From Podarcis cretensis (taxonomy: Eukaryota): 64,000 nt of DNA. A program made the translations under genes and the position numbers. The notes beneath the pieces are model-generated. The model searched no databases. It was not told where the DNA came from and saw only the letters and a program-made list of their open reading frames with translations. The stretch lies in the NCBI GenBank assembly GCA_951804945.1, contig OX638155.1, positions 62,868,001 to 62,932,000 of the forward strand. The letters run 5' to 3'. Positions 24,701 to 37,869 of this stretch are shown here, one piece after another (the stretch's first letter is position 1; the number at the start of each line of letters is the position of its first letter).

Positions 24701-25833
24701 CAGGATGGCTGGGACAACTTATTTGGCTTCACCTCTCAGCCAGAATGGCCTTCAGACAGTCCTTTCATCCAAAAGTACCAGAGAAAGATGTGAGACTGCA
24801 TGGCCATAAGCTACCGTTTGGCCCCATCTTTTCCAGAACCATCTCCCTTAGTGGCCACCTGGTCATTAAACATGTGTTTAACTGATATTTGGTTGGAGGG
24901 TGCATCGGCTCTTGGTGTGCCCTAAATTACAAGGTGACTCAGTATGTTTTGGGGAACATTTCCACGTCAGAGTGCACAGTTAACAAGGCACCCCAAAATA
25001 GATCTGGGAATCCCCAAGTTTTGTAGTTGCACTGTGGTAATAGCTATTATAAAAAGGGGGAAAATGTGCCTGAAGCTCAGTAGCAGAGGGGAACGTTTGC
25101 TCTGACAAACAGATCTAGCTTTTCATCACAGGGATTATTTTTTTCAGGGCAACCTAATCACAGCGATTTCAAGGAGATATATATTTTTTTCACATGAATA
25201 TATGCCTTGGCCTATGTAAGTCAATGGACAGACCTCCATTGTATACATAGAGGGTCATAAACTCACCACCACCATCACCCACTGAGGTAATAGGGAAGTC
25301 ATATTTCTCCCAATCCAGTATTTCCTGTGGATCCAGTTTCTTTTTTCTCATGTGACCCCCTTATGTCACCTGTTGTACTCATTCCAAGAGTACAATCTGT
25401 TGAGGCATGTGCAGAGTGTCCATCCAACATGCCAACAGACTGTGCAAATGGAAAACCCAGAATAGGGTTGTCAAAAACACCAGACAGTTCCTTTACTGAA
25501 AGGTAGCCCAAAGTACAATGCTTAACAGCTGCATACAGTTGCAGCGTAAAGTAATCCTACCTCAGTCCGTCCCAAAAAACATCATACAGCAAAAGTAACA
25601 AAAGGTATTTCCAGCAACACGTCCTCCTTGCTGCATTCCAACACAGATTAGGTTCTAGCCAAGAGGCGGCAGGCCGATGCAAACTTGATACAAACACCAG
25701 GGTATTTATGCTTTCGATTGTGCTGAGTCACTCTCTGACTCACTCTCACAAGTTTGCTGACTCACACTTAACCAGCTGCAGGTGCAGGACAAGCACACCT
25801 AAATTAACCCTTTCTTGTCCCTTTTCTCTGCAT

Positions 25834-25969
25834 CAGTGGCGTAGCGTGGGGGGTGCAGGGGGGGCCGGCCACACCGGGCGCAACATCTGGGGGTTAGGGA
25901 AATCCACGGGTTAGGGGGCGCAAATTACTTGCCTTGCCCTGGGTGCTGATAACCCACGCTACGCCACTG
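25834..25969. mobile_element. hAT-type MITE (young)
   Basis: Perfect 17-bp TIR CAGTGGCGTAGCGTGGG and perfect 8-bp TSD CTCTGCAT. Confidence 0.92.
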
Positions 25970-26424
25970 CTCTGCATGCATAAACCCACATACACTAATG
26001 AAGTCTGGAGAACCTTGTTGGAGAACCACTGCAGCCATCGGTCTGAGATTGGGCAGGGTTCATTTTCTCAGCGGTTGTGACCATGGCTGTGAAGAGCATG
26101 CAATTCCAGAAGAGCAAGAAAAAAATTATACCCTTTGCACGCACAGAAGGGTTATTGATTTAGCCTGCATTTCCCCCCCTCAGCGCCCCCTAAAATCAGA
26201 TCCAGAGACTTAGCTGTCTTTCCAGAACAGGCTAGGAGATGGCAAAGAGGGGAAGGCTGCAAAGAGACAGGGTAGTGAACAGGGTAATGACCAAAAAAGT
26301 CTCCTTTCTTCTTCCATTAGCAGATAGCTCCATGTAGCAAGAGTCATTCCATGAATGCTAGGCACCTATGCTCAGGCTAATTCAGTGAGACACTCAACAG
26401 CCTAAGCACCCTCCTACATAAGGA

Positions 26425-26592
26425 AGGACCTGGTTCAAAGGTAGAATGTCTTCTTTGTATCTAGAAGGTCCAAGGTAGGGCTGGGAATCTCCCTGAAATC
26501 CTGGAGAGCCACTGCCAGTCAGTGAGGACAGTATTGAGATAGATAGAGACTAATGGTCTGACTCACTTTAAGGCAGCATCCTATGTTCCTAT
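26425..26592 (+). mobile_element. Squam2-like SINE (degenerate)
   Basis: GGTAGGGCTGGGAA..CCTGAAATCCTGGAGAGCCACTGCCAGTCAGTG..CCTATGTTCCTATG. Confidence 0.7.
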
Positions 26593-29424
26593 GTACAAAT
26601 AGGTACCTGCAATGTTAGCATGTGGGTATTGGATGGACGTGCAGTCATATATCTCACAGAGGTACTACAATAGTACTACTTTAGAAAACTCTGTATCTCA
26701 TGAAGCATGGCAGAATGCTGTGTTAATTCCGTCAAACCATTTTGTTTGCTCTGGAATACATTACACACAAACAGCTGTATTACAGCTATTAGAGAAAGTG
26801 CCTCCTTGATATTCGATTGAATTAAAGCAGCTGCTTTTATAGCCAACGCCTCTGTAGTATAAGCGAGTTTGGTGACAAAACAAAAATGAGGGCTACAGCA
26901 ATTGAAGCAGATGTTCCATGAAACTCTTCCTATAAAGAACACAAGGGTCTGGTGTATAGCTCATCAGTAAAACATGAGGAATCTACTTGAGTAGAAAAAT
27001 CACAATCTGGTACCCACAGGCAATTGCCTGCATCTCATGTAAACTAATAAATTAAAGATGCGGCACCATTTTTCCTTGTCTTTCCTTTGTCAAATGCAAT
27101 CATTTAAACATGCATTTTAGTGTGGCTGAATGTATGAAATAAAAACATACTAGCACACACCTCTTTTATATGCACAGCTTTCTTCCTGCATTATAATTTT
27201 CTTATCAACTCTCTGTGTGCGTGTGTTTAGACCTAGAATAATACTGTTTATTTTGCCCTGAGGGTTTTCGCTGGGGGAAAAGAAGAAGAAGCAAGTTTCA
27301 AAGTCTGACTGCTCTCAACTCCCCATAGCAAAATATATTCCACTGTGTTTAAAAAAAAGAAAAGAAAAGGGATCCTTTGTGGTCATTTTGTAAGAAGATA
27401 TTTGTTTTGGATCAGCTTTTATGAATCTTTCTTCAGATATCATCTTAAATATTACACACACACACACCGTTCCATCGGACATTAAATTTGAACACAGGAA
27501 GTCCAAGTGGGAAAAGGATATGATTATATCACATATTCTAAGCAGTATTGGGGAGGCCAAAGTAATCAAATAAAGGAAGCTACTAATCCTTAGACATTCT
27601 GACAGACTAGAAAACAATATAGTGAAAGCAGATATAAGGTTAAGAGCAATGCATGAATGACAATTTATGTTTTTAAATGTTTAGATTGTATTCAAATTTA
27701 CAATATCACACAAAATTGGAAACTTTTAGGATTCCTCTGTGTTGATAGGGGTCAACCTTAACAAGCATACAGATGAGAAGAGAATAGGCTTAATGTGGCC
27801 AATGTTGCATATAGCAATATAAATTCTAGACACCGTTTCTTCTTAACCAATTGATCCTCATTGTTTTCCTTCCACCTTCTATCCCCCTCCGCCCCTGAAT
27901 TTTAACTATCATGCAAGTGTTTTAATGAAAATTTAATAAACTTTCTTTCCCAGTGTAAGGCAATTTGATGCTAAGTGGGGCAAAATGCAAACAGAGCATT
28001 TCTCAATAAAATTTTAATGCCACATCCCAATTTTCTAATGGAGGTATCAGAATTGCAAAGCAGCACAACTCCACTCAAAGTAATAATAAATCAGGTGCTA
28101 AGAGCAGCACCTCCTGCAAATGGTGGACTCCAGCCAAGCAATGGGAGACTTACAAGGACAATTGGTCCCTTTCATTTAAGAGCAGAGTGCTCTCCTCCCA
28201 AAATGGCTGATGAATGGCTGGGACACAAGGTTTCCATTGTGTACCTTACATTGTGCATTACAGTTTGTGGCAGGATTTAAATTTGCCCACTTTTAATAGT
28301 TGACTAAAATTAGAATCCATTGCTATCAGGCTCCTTCAATATAAATAAAGACGGCATTGAAGATATATGACATGATTCAAATTGATGTAATCCTAATCTA
28401 TGTCTTCTGTTTGCTGTTTCTTTATGGGCACTGCTTGTGAGGTTATTGAAATATGATACTGAAAGTCATGGGTTTGCTTACATAAATAAGACTATGGTAG
28501 CTCAAGTCCGTAAAGCAACTGATCAAAATATTCCCATTTTGAGTAGACAAAATATGGATTGTGGACTGTATTTCCTAACTCTTGATCTACTATTATAATC
28601 TAGCTATTTTATGGACGTAGCTGTATATGGTACCAAGAAAAAAATGCCCATTCATACAATCCAAGCTTTTTGTTCGTGTGCTTTTACTCAAACCTTAAGA
28701 ATTAAAGCAAATGTGTTTTTTATTCCTGTTTAATGTAACTTTACTTGTTTGGTAACTAAACTTATCAGTTGTACGTTTTATGAATATTACACAACCATGG
28801 GAACTGAATGATGCCAAATAACTTATTTGTAAAAATCTAAAGAGCTGGTGAGGAATAGACAGAGAGATCTGCTTCTGACCTAGGGTGTGTGAGATAACTG
28901 TGTGTGCTACCTTGAGTTCTTGAATGATAAGATAAACCTGCCATTGGTTCTCTCATTGTTCCATTCACCTTATGGTATGGGGGAGGGACCTGAATGGGAA
29001 ACCTGTGACCTCTCAGATGTTGTTGGACTCAACTCCCATCAGCCTCAGTCAGGGACGATGGAAGCTATAGGACTTCAGGTTCTCCATGCTTGCTTTAGGG
29101 TGATTTATCACCTACTGTGGCCAGCAAGTAAATTGCCATGGAAATGTGGACAACAGGCCCAAGAAGAAGAATGTGGGAGTAACTGACTTGCTACTGCTTC
29201 AGAGGAAGATTATTTTAAAAGATTATGCCTGGTGTCTTGTGCAAAGTAAGAGTTCTACATAAGATGACATCTCGGTTTTTCCACATGTTTTAGATCACTG
29301 CATAGGAGAGAGGCAGGTTAGTTGATCAAGCAGCAGTGAAGTAAACTGAAAATGGGATGTGCATGTGAACATTTTGAATGAATCCTGTAACCTGAGAACA
29401 TTCCATGCAACACTGTGTCTATCC

Positions 29425-29586
29425 CCATGGCTATCCCATCTCAGGTCCAATCCCCAGCATCTGTAGGTAGGGCTGGGAATATCCATTGTGTGAAACCCTG
29501 GAGATCAACTACCAGTCAATGTAGACAATACAGAGAAAGATGGACCAATGGTCTAACTCAATATAAGCCAGCTTTCTAGATTCCTA
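29425..29586 (+). mobile_element. Squam2-like SINE fragment
   Basis: GGTAGGGCTGGGAA..GAAACCCTGGAGA..CCAGTCAATGTAGACAATAC..GATGGACCAATGGTCT. Confidence 0.65.
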
Positions 29587-29822
29587 AGATATTTTGCTGC
29601 CTGAAGCAAAGGAGGAAATGCTTTCCTCCACCAGTTCCATAAGAAGAATTTAACCAGACTTTCAGATAAATGTTATTTCAATACTGGTAGCCTCCACCAC
29701 CCTTGAGGGAAGCAGGGATTACAGGGCAGGCTGTGGCCAACACAGCTTTGTCCTCCAACACCTCACCCCCAGTATCTGCTGCCTGAGGTGGCCTCACTCT
29801 GCCTAAGGATAGGGCTGGCCAT
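29583..29822. mobile_element. Old hAT-like MITE
   Basis: Reverse-orientation homologue of 43651-43963 (TTTTGCTGCCTGA..CTCACTCTGCCTAA). Confidence 0.5.
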
Positions 29823-31077
29823 GTTTAATCCATCCTACAGGTGAAGCATATTTTTTTGCAACTCAACTTTGAGGACCATTCATGAGAGATGAAACCATCA
29901 TATTTACCTTGAATTGCAAGGTAAGCAAAAATTGACTGACCTTTCAAGTACTATATTAGAACAAACATATAGTCTCCAAAGACTTGCGATTAAATTGCAT
30001 CTTGGGCACAACTGAAAAATAAGTTTTTCTGCCTTGTGTTAGCTGTCAGACATCCATTTTTCAACACTACCCCCATTTAAAACGGGGTGTCATCTTCTCT
30101 AAACACCCATAACCGACAGAAAAGAGGCGCTGCAGGTCAGATCTGAGACATATTGAAAGAGATGTGCGAAGGAGCTGTCCTTCACTTTCAGAAGCATTAA
30201 ATTCACTCAAGATTTTTTAATAATAAAAAATGCAGGGTTGTCTGACAACATTCATATTTTTTTCATGAACCTGTCTTTTCAAATTCTCCAACTAATGCTA
30301 CACGTAGTGACAAAGTCAGTGTCACTCACAACAGCGCTTACCTGCATTGCAACAATCTGAGCCATCAGTCAGACGACTGCAGTTGACAAACTGCCCTTTT
30401 AAAAACAAATGTATGTACAAGCCTAAGGATGAGAAGATAGATATACATACGTAAATATAAGGACACCTCAGGATCATTGGGGACAGAGAGATCAAACAGC
30501 ATCGTGGCAATCCAGAACACATTTCATATCATCTGCAAAACTGAGGAGGCTGTTCACAGCAAGCATTTGACTGCAGCAGTAAGTAAGGAGTTCCAAATTG
30601 TAGTGATGACCAAGAGCATTTTCCAACAATCCCCACCTATTGAGAAGACTACACCCCTTCCTTTCATTTAGGGAGAACCTATGGCCATCATTGATGTCCC
30701 CACAATCAGGGAATTATGCCACAGCAATACACTCTTCTTGTGTTTGGTGGCATAACATTTGAGAAGATGTGGCTGGGACAGAATGCACTCGCAGCTCTAG
30801 AAATGTCTTCAAGACTCTGGTTGTCTAACATGTTTTTGAACCTTGTTTGGTTTTTTAGTTTTATGACAGAACTCTAAAATCTTTGCGGGCCTTTCTTTAG
30901 GTCCCAAGCCAATTAAAAGCAGAACTATATATCTGTGTATGTTCCTAAACCTGAAGGTGGTGTCTGCGTCTGCTTCTAAACCCATTTTTGGTTGTTTTTG
31001 TACTGTTTTAAAAACTATTAACAGCTGTTTTTATGGTATATTCCTATAAATTACCTTGAGACATATGTTGTAGAAGT

Positions 31078-31078
31078 A

Positions 31079-31122
<44 letters not shown>
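31078..31122. repeat. (AAT)n microsatellite, probably the tail of a decayed L2 3' end
   Basis: Read directly; preceded by T-rich L2-like 3' UTR sequence. Confidence 0.85.
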
Positions 31123-31123
<1 letters not shown>

Positions 31124-31268
31124 GCCAGCTGTATGTAGTCATGCTGAGCATTTGAGGGCGAAAACAGGTTTGTGTCCCTAGGTTAAAACCCTGTTGGCCG
31201 GCACACTGGCCACTGACCTCTGCACATTCAGGTCAAAGGGGCCCTTTCCTTTGGGCATTGCTGCTGTA

Positions 31269-31518
31269 CAGTGGTACCTTGGAAGTCAAACGGAATCCAT
31301 TCCGGAAGTCCGTTCGACTTCCAAAATGTTCAGAAACTAAGGCACAGCTTCCGATTGGCTGCAGGAAGTTCCTGCAGCCAATCAGAAGCAGTAGAAGCCA
31401 CATCGGACAATTGGGTTCCAAAGAACTTTTGCATACCTGAACACTCACTTCCAGGTTTGCGGCATTTGGGAGCCAAAATGTTCAACTCACAAGGCATTCG
31501 GGATCCAACGTACAGCTG
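31269..31518. mobile_element. Tc1/mariner (Tigger/pogo-like) MITE
   Basis: TA|CAGTGGTACCTTGG ... CCAACGTACAGCTG|TA, with an internal palindrome GATTGGCTGCAGGA..TCCTGCAGCCAATC. Confidence 0.75.
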
Positions 31519-31666
31519 TACATGAATAAGGCCTTTCATGAAAATTAGTATCCAGTGTGAAGTCCAGTCATGAATACAGCTTTGCATGCATAGGCACTCT
31601 TTTCAGATCATCTACCTAATGTGTGAATCTGGGATGTGGCTGGCACACCCGGTTGCCTCAACAACA

Positions 31667-31735
31667 AATCATAGAATTGTAGATTTGGAAGGGATCTCAA
31701 GGGTCCTCTAGCTCAAACCCCTGCAGTTCAGGAAT
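31667..31735 (-). mobile_element. CR1-type 3' tail fragment
   Basis: AATCATAGAATTGTAGATTTGGAAGGGA is the reverse complement of the CR1 stem-loop and ATTCTATG tail. Confidence 0.65.
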
Positions 31736-31846
31736 AGAGGGGGTCTTGTATCTTCCACCAGAGAGTAAATAGATTTTTCCTCAACAATAGGAGAAACAAC
31801 TAATGGTGTAAGCAGAAAAGGATACACAATTTGGGGTGCACTAGAT

Positions 31847-32213
31847 TAGGGGTTCTCAAAAGGGGGTCCATTCAGGTGGCCTTCAGCATGTCTGCAGATT
31901 TGTGCTTGAAGATGGGAGATGGCGCATCCATCACATGAAATATTCATATTAATTTTTAATTGTATATTTAATATTTCTTTTCTTACATTGTATTTTACTG
32001 TATTGCAATTTGAATTCTATGGAATCAAATTGCACCACAGCAAAGTACAATATATAGCAAAAAGAAGAAGCAATAAAAATATAATTAAAAGCCATACAGC
32101 ATCTAGCACAGCACATTACAATTCCTACCACAGGCAGAAAAATCATTAAATGGTCCATAAAGATCCTCAGCGATTTTCAACTGGTCTGTGGCAAATAAAA
32201 GGTTTGGGAACTT
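31847..32213. mobile_element. Old hAT-like MITE
   Basis: Termini AGGGGTTCTCAAA / GTTTGGGAAC, degenerate. Confidence 0.5.
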
Positions 32214-32404
32214 TTATACGAGATTGGTTGATTATTTATTTATTGTGCTTATATGCTGCTTTTCAGGGCAAATTCCTCCCAAGGCAGCTTACAAAAGATA
32301 CTTAGCTTCATAGCAGGATGATGTAACTTTTTTAAAATTTATTTCATTAGTAAATTTGTATACTGCCCTTCATCTGAAGATCCCAGGGTGAATGAAAACA
32401 AGCC

Positions 32405-32408
<4 letters not shown>

Positions 32409-32445
<37 letters not shown>
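32409..32445. repeat. (AC)n microsatellite
   Basis: Read directly from the sequence. Confidence 0.95.
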
Positions 32446-32449
<4 letters not shown>

Positions 32450-32524
32450 AATAATAATACACATTTAAAAGGAGATAGAATGTTTCATACACTTCATATA
32501 CACAGCTGGGATAATATGCTTCCA

Positions 32525-32525
<1 letters not shown>

Positions 32526-32562
<37 letters not shown>
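32526..32562. repeat. (TGAT)n microsatellite
   Basis: Read directly from the sequence. Confidence 0.95.
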
Positions 32563-32571
32563 CCATTGCAA

Positions 32572-32871
32572 TGCAACACATGGTTAAGCTATGGAACTCA
32601 CTTGTGCAAGAGTCAGTGATGGTCACCAACTTGGATGGCTTTAAAAGAGAATTAGAGGAATTCATGAAGGGTATCAATAGCTACTATCCATCATGGCTCT
32701 GTTCCACCTCCATGGTTGGAGGCAGTAGTACCAACTGCTGGAAACCGCAGGTAGGGAGAATGTTATTGTGCTCAAATCCTGCTTGCTGGTTTCCCACAGG
32801 GATCTGGGTGGCAACTGTGAGAACAGGCTGCTGGACTAGATGGGCCATGGGCCTGATCCAGCAGGCTCTTA
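32572..32871 (+). mobile_element. CR1 LINE 3' fragment (end of ORF2 and 3' UTR)
   Basis: QHMVKLWNSLVQESVMVTNLDGFKRELEEFM matches the CR1 ORF2 C-terminus; the 3' UTR reads GCTGGACTAGATGGGCC..GGCCTGATCCAGCAGGCT. Confidence 0.8.
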
Positions 32872-34100
32872 AGTGCTACTTTATGACAGACAGACAGACA
32901 GACAGAAACCTTTGTAGGTGAGAAAGAGTCCTAAAGTATGAGTGCTCCACACCTGCAGCCACAGTCGAAAACTACCTGCTCTGTTTAATTGTGCAGCAGA
33001 TGCTCTAGAAGTGTGGCAGAGCCCTCAAATCATCCATGGTTTAAAATAAAAACCTAGAGCAGAAATTGAGGGAATCCATTTAAAAACTATAAGATACATT
33101 TCATAAAGATCCCACAGATGAAACTGATGTTGCTAGACAAGGAGTCAAAGCTTGTCCATAAGAAAAGTATAATGACTATTTTTACTAATTATTATTTTTA
33201 TTTATTTCTGTATCTTTTGCAAAGGGTGGTGATCCTTGTTGAGATCTTAACATCCAATCCACTCACAATGAACTGTTCAAGTGAAACTTCATAATATGCT
33301 GGTAATATGTCAAAATTAAACTGCCATTTTTTTGGGGAGCATTCATATTCACTGTAAGTTGCTACTTGCTTCATTGTGTTACGTTATACACAGACCCATT
33401 ATTCATGGCTGGACTTACGTACATTATCCTCTGTTAATATCCTCTCCCACCCCCTAAAATAAAGCCAGGTTGTTCAGTTCTGTGAAGTTTTTGATTTATT
33501 TATTTTTAATAGAGCTGAACTTGGTTCGCTCAAAAATGCTTTGCGTCTCACAAAGAAAGAGAAGGAGATGTGTTGAACGTTGCAACAAGGTCTGCTTGTC
33601 TTTTTGTGCGCGATAGAGCATGTGTTCTTTGAGGTGAGACTTCAAAGAAAGGTACGAGGTTGCACCAACTGCAAAGAGACATGGCTTTGGAGATGACAGG
33701 CCTTGCACGCAGGTTACCGCCTGCGTTCTTTCATATCCCCTCGCTGGATCACATGCTCTCTCTGACTGAGAATTGCAGTGTGGCCTTCAAGTGTCAAATG
33801 TTCTCAGGCACTATCAAGCAAAGCAACTCACCACATGAATGCAGAGCATGAATGAGTCTTTCCTTTAGAAGACATTCCTTTAGAAGCACTGCCCCTGACT
33901 TTCACACAAGGGGACTTTCCAGACAATAAGAATATTGTGGAGCATCACTTGCAAAAATAAAAATATAAAAAAAATTAATAAGTAAGGCTGCATGAATCAG
34001 GCCATTGATATATTTTCCAAAATTCTAGTACCTAGCAAGAGCTAGGCAATGCTCTCCTAGTAAAACCCTGGCTAGTCTCCAGAAAATATTTATTTGTTTA

Positions 34101-34315
34101 CAGTGGTACCTTGGGATACAGACACTTCAGGTTACAGACACAGCTAACCCAGAAATAGTACCTCGGGTTAAGAACTTTGCTTCAGGATGAGATCAGAAAT
34201 CGCGCCGCGGCAGCGGGAGGCCCCATTAGCTAAAGTGGTACCTCAGGTTAAGAACAGTGTAAGGTTAGGAACGGACCTCCAGAATGAATTAAGTTCTTAA
34301 CCCGAGGTACCACTG
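34101..34315. mobile_element. Tc1/mariner (Tigger/pogo-like) MITE, family A
   Basis: TIR CAGTGGTACCT with TA TSD; homologous to 40529, 50196 and 56557. Confidence 0.9.
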
Positions 34316-34367
34316 TATTTCATTTACAAAGGGCTTCCTATGAGGCACCCAGAAAAAATCTTCAATA

Positions 34368-34577
34368 CAGTGGTACGTAACCCTCTGGATACGTAATCTT
34401 TGGGTTGTGAATGTGGCAAACCCGGAAGTGTATACTTCCAGGTTTCTCTGTATGCACATGCACAGAAGCGCTCAATCACACCACATGCATGTGCAGAAGG
34501 GCGCCTCCATTTACAGACTTTTCGGGATATGGTTGGGCCTCAGGAACGGATCCCATCCATAACCGGCGGCACCACTG
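34368..34577. mobile_element. Tc1/mariner-type MITE, different family
   Basis: TA|CAGTGGTAC ... GCACCACTG|TA. Confidence 0.75.
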
Positions 34578-34785
34578 TATAATCAAAACAGTTAAAACAA
34601 TTTCATATAAAACTGTTTTTGAAAACAATATAGACGAATAGAAACTGTTTATGACAACAATGGTACATAACATAAAATCAATGGAAATCCAGTACTGATA
34701 CCAGCTAGCAAAAAGATCTACATCTGGAAGGTTTCTTGAAAGAGGGATGTGTTTAGCATGTGCTGAAAAAAGAGGAGGCTGCTGG

Positions 34786-34960
34786 CTTAGGCAAATGCCC
34801 ATATCCAGCATCTCACAGATGCCTGTGGGAGACCCGTGAGCAGGATCCAAGCAAAAGAGCACTCTCCCCGCCTGCAACTCGTGCCCAGAAACTTTATTGC
34901 ATCTGACTGTAGAGACGGTGTCTGTCTAATACAGGCAACTCCTGGTTTAGGCACATCCAA
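34786..34960 (-). mobile_element. CR1 3' UTR fragment
   Basis: Reverse-complement similarity to 32700-32870 (CCATATCCAGCATC..CCTGTGGGA..AGCAGGAT). Confidence 0.5.
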
Positions 34961-35127
34961 ATAATTCAATGACAAAGCATGCTTCCCCTTGGTGCTGCAG
35001 TCTAGGGTCAATTATAATTGAGATATATTTGGCAAGGGGAGCCTCGCATCCAAGGTCTGATCCAGATGCACACCTGCTTACCTTCAGCAATGTGGCTGGT
35101 TCAGGTGCCTTCCAGCCAAGCTGTTTC

Positions 35128-35419
35128 AATACCCTCCAACATTTCTCCAATGAAAATAGGGACGTCCCATTCCATCACGATAATTTTACTGTTTATAGCC
35201 CACACATCTTACTGGGTTGCCCCAGCCATTCTAGGCAGCTTCCAACATATATAATAACATAATAAAAAAATAAACATTTTTTTAAAAACCCTCCAACATT
35301 TCTCCAATAAAAATAGGGACATCCTAAGGAAAAGTGGGACATTCCAGGATCCAGTCAGAAACCAGGGTGGCTTATTTATCAGGGACGTCCCTGGAAAATA
35401 GGGACACTTGGAGGGTCTT
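35128..35419. mobile_element. Non-autonomous DNA transposon (same family as 3956-4299)
   Basis: ATACCCTCCAACATTTCTCC.. / ..GGGACACTTGGAGGGTCT, flanked by TGTTTC / TGCTTC. Confidence 0.7.
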
Positions 35420-35440
35420 TGCTTCCCCCCTTGCCATGTA

Positions 35441-36040
35441 CCGTATTTTTCGCCCTATAGGACGCACTTTTCCCCCTCCAAAAATGAAGGGGAAATGTGT
35501 GTGCGTCCTATGGGGCGAATGCAGGCTTTCGCTGAAGCCTGGAGAGCGAGAGGGGTCGGTGCGCACCGACCCCTCACGCTCTCCAGGCTTCAGGAGAGCC
35601 ACAGAGCCAGCCCCACAAGGTCGGGGGACAGCGGGGAGGTGGAACGCCGCCATCCCGCTGTCTCCCGATGTGGTTTGGAGGCTGACGGCGGGGAGACACG
35701 TGCTTCTCCCCGCCGCCAGCCCCGCAAGCTCCGAGGACAGCTGGGAGGCGCAGCGCGTCTTCCCACTGTCCCTGGACCTGGTCTGCAGGCGGGCGGTGGG
35801 GAGAAGAGCGCTTCTCCCCGCTGCCTGCCCCACAAGCTCTGGGGACAGCTGGGAGGCGCAGCGCGTCTTCCTGCTGTCCCTGGACCTGGTCTGCAGGCGG
35901 GCGGCGGGGAGAAGAGCGCTTCTCCCCGCTGCCGGCTCCACAAGTGCCTGGGGGGCAAATAAATTTTTTTTCTTTATTTCCCCCCCAAAAAACTTGGTGC
36001 GTCCTATGGACTGGTGCATCCTATGGGGCGAAAAATATGG
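35441..36040. mobile_element. Young Tc1/mariner-type MITE with a GC-rich internal palindromic tandem array
   Basis: TA|CCGTATTTTTCGCCCTATAGGACGCAC ... GTGCATCCTATGGGGCGAAAAATATGG|TA, with 108-bp internal units starting at 35691, 35799 and 35907. Confidence 0.9.
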
Positions 36041-37790
36041 TAATACATTGTGAAAGTTTAGATCCATTGCCCTCAACCTAGTTGGTCAGTGTTTTCATGC
36101 CCTCTATAACTTGTTTCTTAAAATGTTAAATATTTTTCAGTTACTATCTACATCCCCCCTCCCGCCAAAAATGATTGTCACAGAAAACTGAGAATCAATA
36201 GACCTACAAGGGAATTCATTTCTACAGAACCGAGGTTTTGTGAAATCTTTTTCATCAAATGTTGTAACCTTGTGAAGAGGCCAAGTTTGACGTCAGTACA
36301 AACTCGGCAACCTTCTGTGAAACAATCCCCTTCATCAGTCTTCTATGAAACAGTGAAAACTTTAAAGATAAGTGTTTGAAAAATGTTGTGTGAAGCTATT
36401 TGACATTCTGTAAAGGCCTACCTGTTGCTTTTGAGGGACTTTGCTTTCTCCCCCCCCCCTCTTTTTTCCAAAAAGAAGTACCAATAATAGACTACCTCAG
36501 TCAGAAATAAACTGGAATAAAATATATATGATAGCATGTATGTTTTTATTTTCTTTTTACTCCTCCTTTCCCCACCCAAAAAAACCCTGTGCATTAGATT
36601 CTGCCTTTAAGGCTACTAGTCATCCAAGTCTGAAATTAGCCTATGTATTACTTGTCCATCTCTCCCCTCACATACTTTTAATAGCTTATCAGCCTCCAGG
36701 ACTGTTCCTTAGAGCCTCTCTAATTGTCACCTGAAACTTCATTAAGTTTAAAGCATGAACACATGTATAGAAGATATAATTCTACATAGCATACCTTTGC
36801 ATAGAAGGGCATCTTCTTGCCATTCCAACTCCTTCACCAGTTAATCATTCATAATTGGGAAAGACTGATAGGTTTACAGGTAATAGGCCAATTATTATTT
36901 TATGGACATGCCAAATTGTTTTCTTGTACTTACTTATGCTCAAAATAACAAGCATTCATTAATTTCTTCATTGACAGTCATGCTTATTCCCATGCTTTAT
37001 CATGGCTCTAACATGCATATTAACCTAATTTATTAATTTTTATCGCTCATGGGCACTAAACTGATATTTCACCAATGTAACAAACCCAAACTATTATTTC
37101 AATTTCAATGAGCTGATTTACCTGAAACTTTTTACAACTCATCAATATTTAAAGCTATTTCCTGTTGTATATTCCATTTAAAAAAAAAACAAAAAAAAAA
37201 ACCACTGGCATTTCAAACCTTTGTTTTGCCCCACTTTTGATTTTTCTCCCAACAAAATGGTAGCTTGTATGTGGACCCATTTGCAATAGCTGCTCAGTGT
37301 GTGACACCAGGGAGCTTCCCTGAATAATACCATAAATGCTTTCAAAAACACCCTTCCTGGGGCCTCTAGGTTCACTCAGTGAGGAACTAGAAATGCACCA
37401 CCTGGTTTGTACAGCCAATCCAAACTGTCCAGCATTTAATTAATTTTGAATGTTTTGTGGTATATTTCTATTGTTATCCCATGATGCACCAGAAATATTG
37501 GCTAAAATGATATTTGAGTCCTAATAATTAATAATAATAATATCAACTTATTCATTTGTGATCTGCAGTGGTGTGGTCACTTGTGCAGTGTAGGAATTTG
37601 TGCAGTGTAGGGATTCGTTCTGTCAGCCTCTATAGACACATGCCCAGAGAAAGTTCATAGTCTTGTTCCCAAGAAAATGCAGGCAGCTGTGTTGACCCAG
37701 TATATAGAAAAGTCAATGAGCAAAAAACATTTCAGCTTAATGTTGTGTTAAGGGCTTTCCATGTTCTCTTAAGTGCCAAAATACCAAGAG

Positions 37791-37869
37791 ATTCTTGCAT
37801 TGCAAGGGGGTTATACTAGCTGACCTTCACAGTCCCTTCCAACTCTACAGTTCTCTGATTCTCTGATTC
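37791..37869 (+). mobile_element. CR1-type 3' tail
   Basis: GTCCCTTCCAACTCTACAGTTCTCTGATTCTCTGATTC. Confidence 0.7.

Noticed and set aside
33511-33589. Possible exon after a TTTTTAATAG acceptor
   Set aside because: Two frames hit stops, the third gives no recognisable protein, and the donor (AG|GTCTGC) is weak.
35334-36076. Four long overlapping ORFs (122-239 aa)
   Set aside because: They arise from a GC-rich, 108-bp, palindromic tandem array inside a TA-flanked MITE. They are open on both strands and show no domain similarity.
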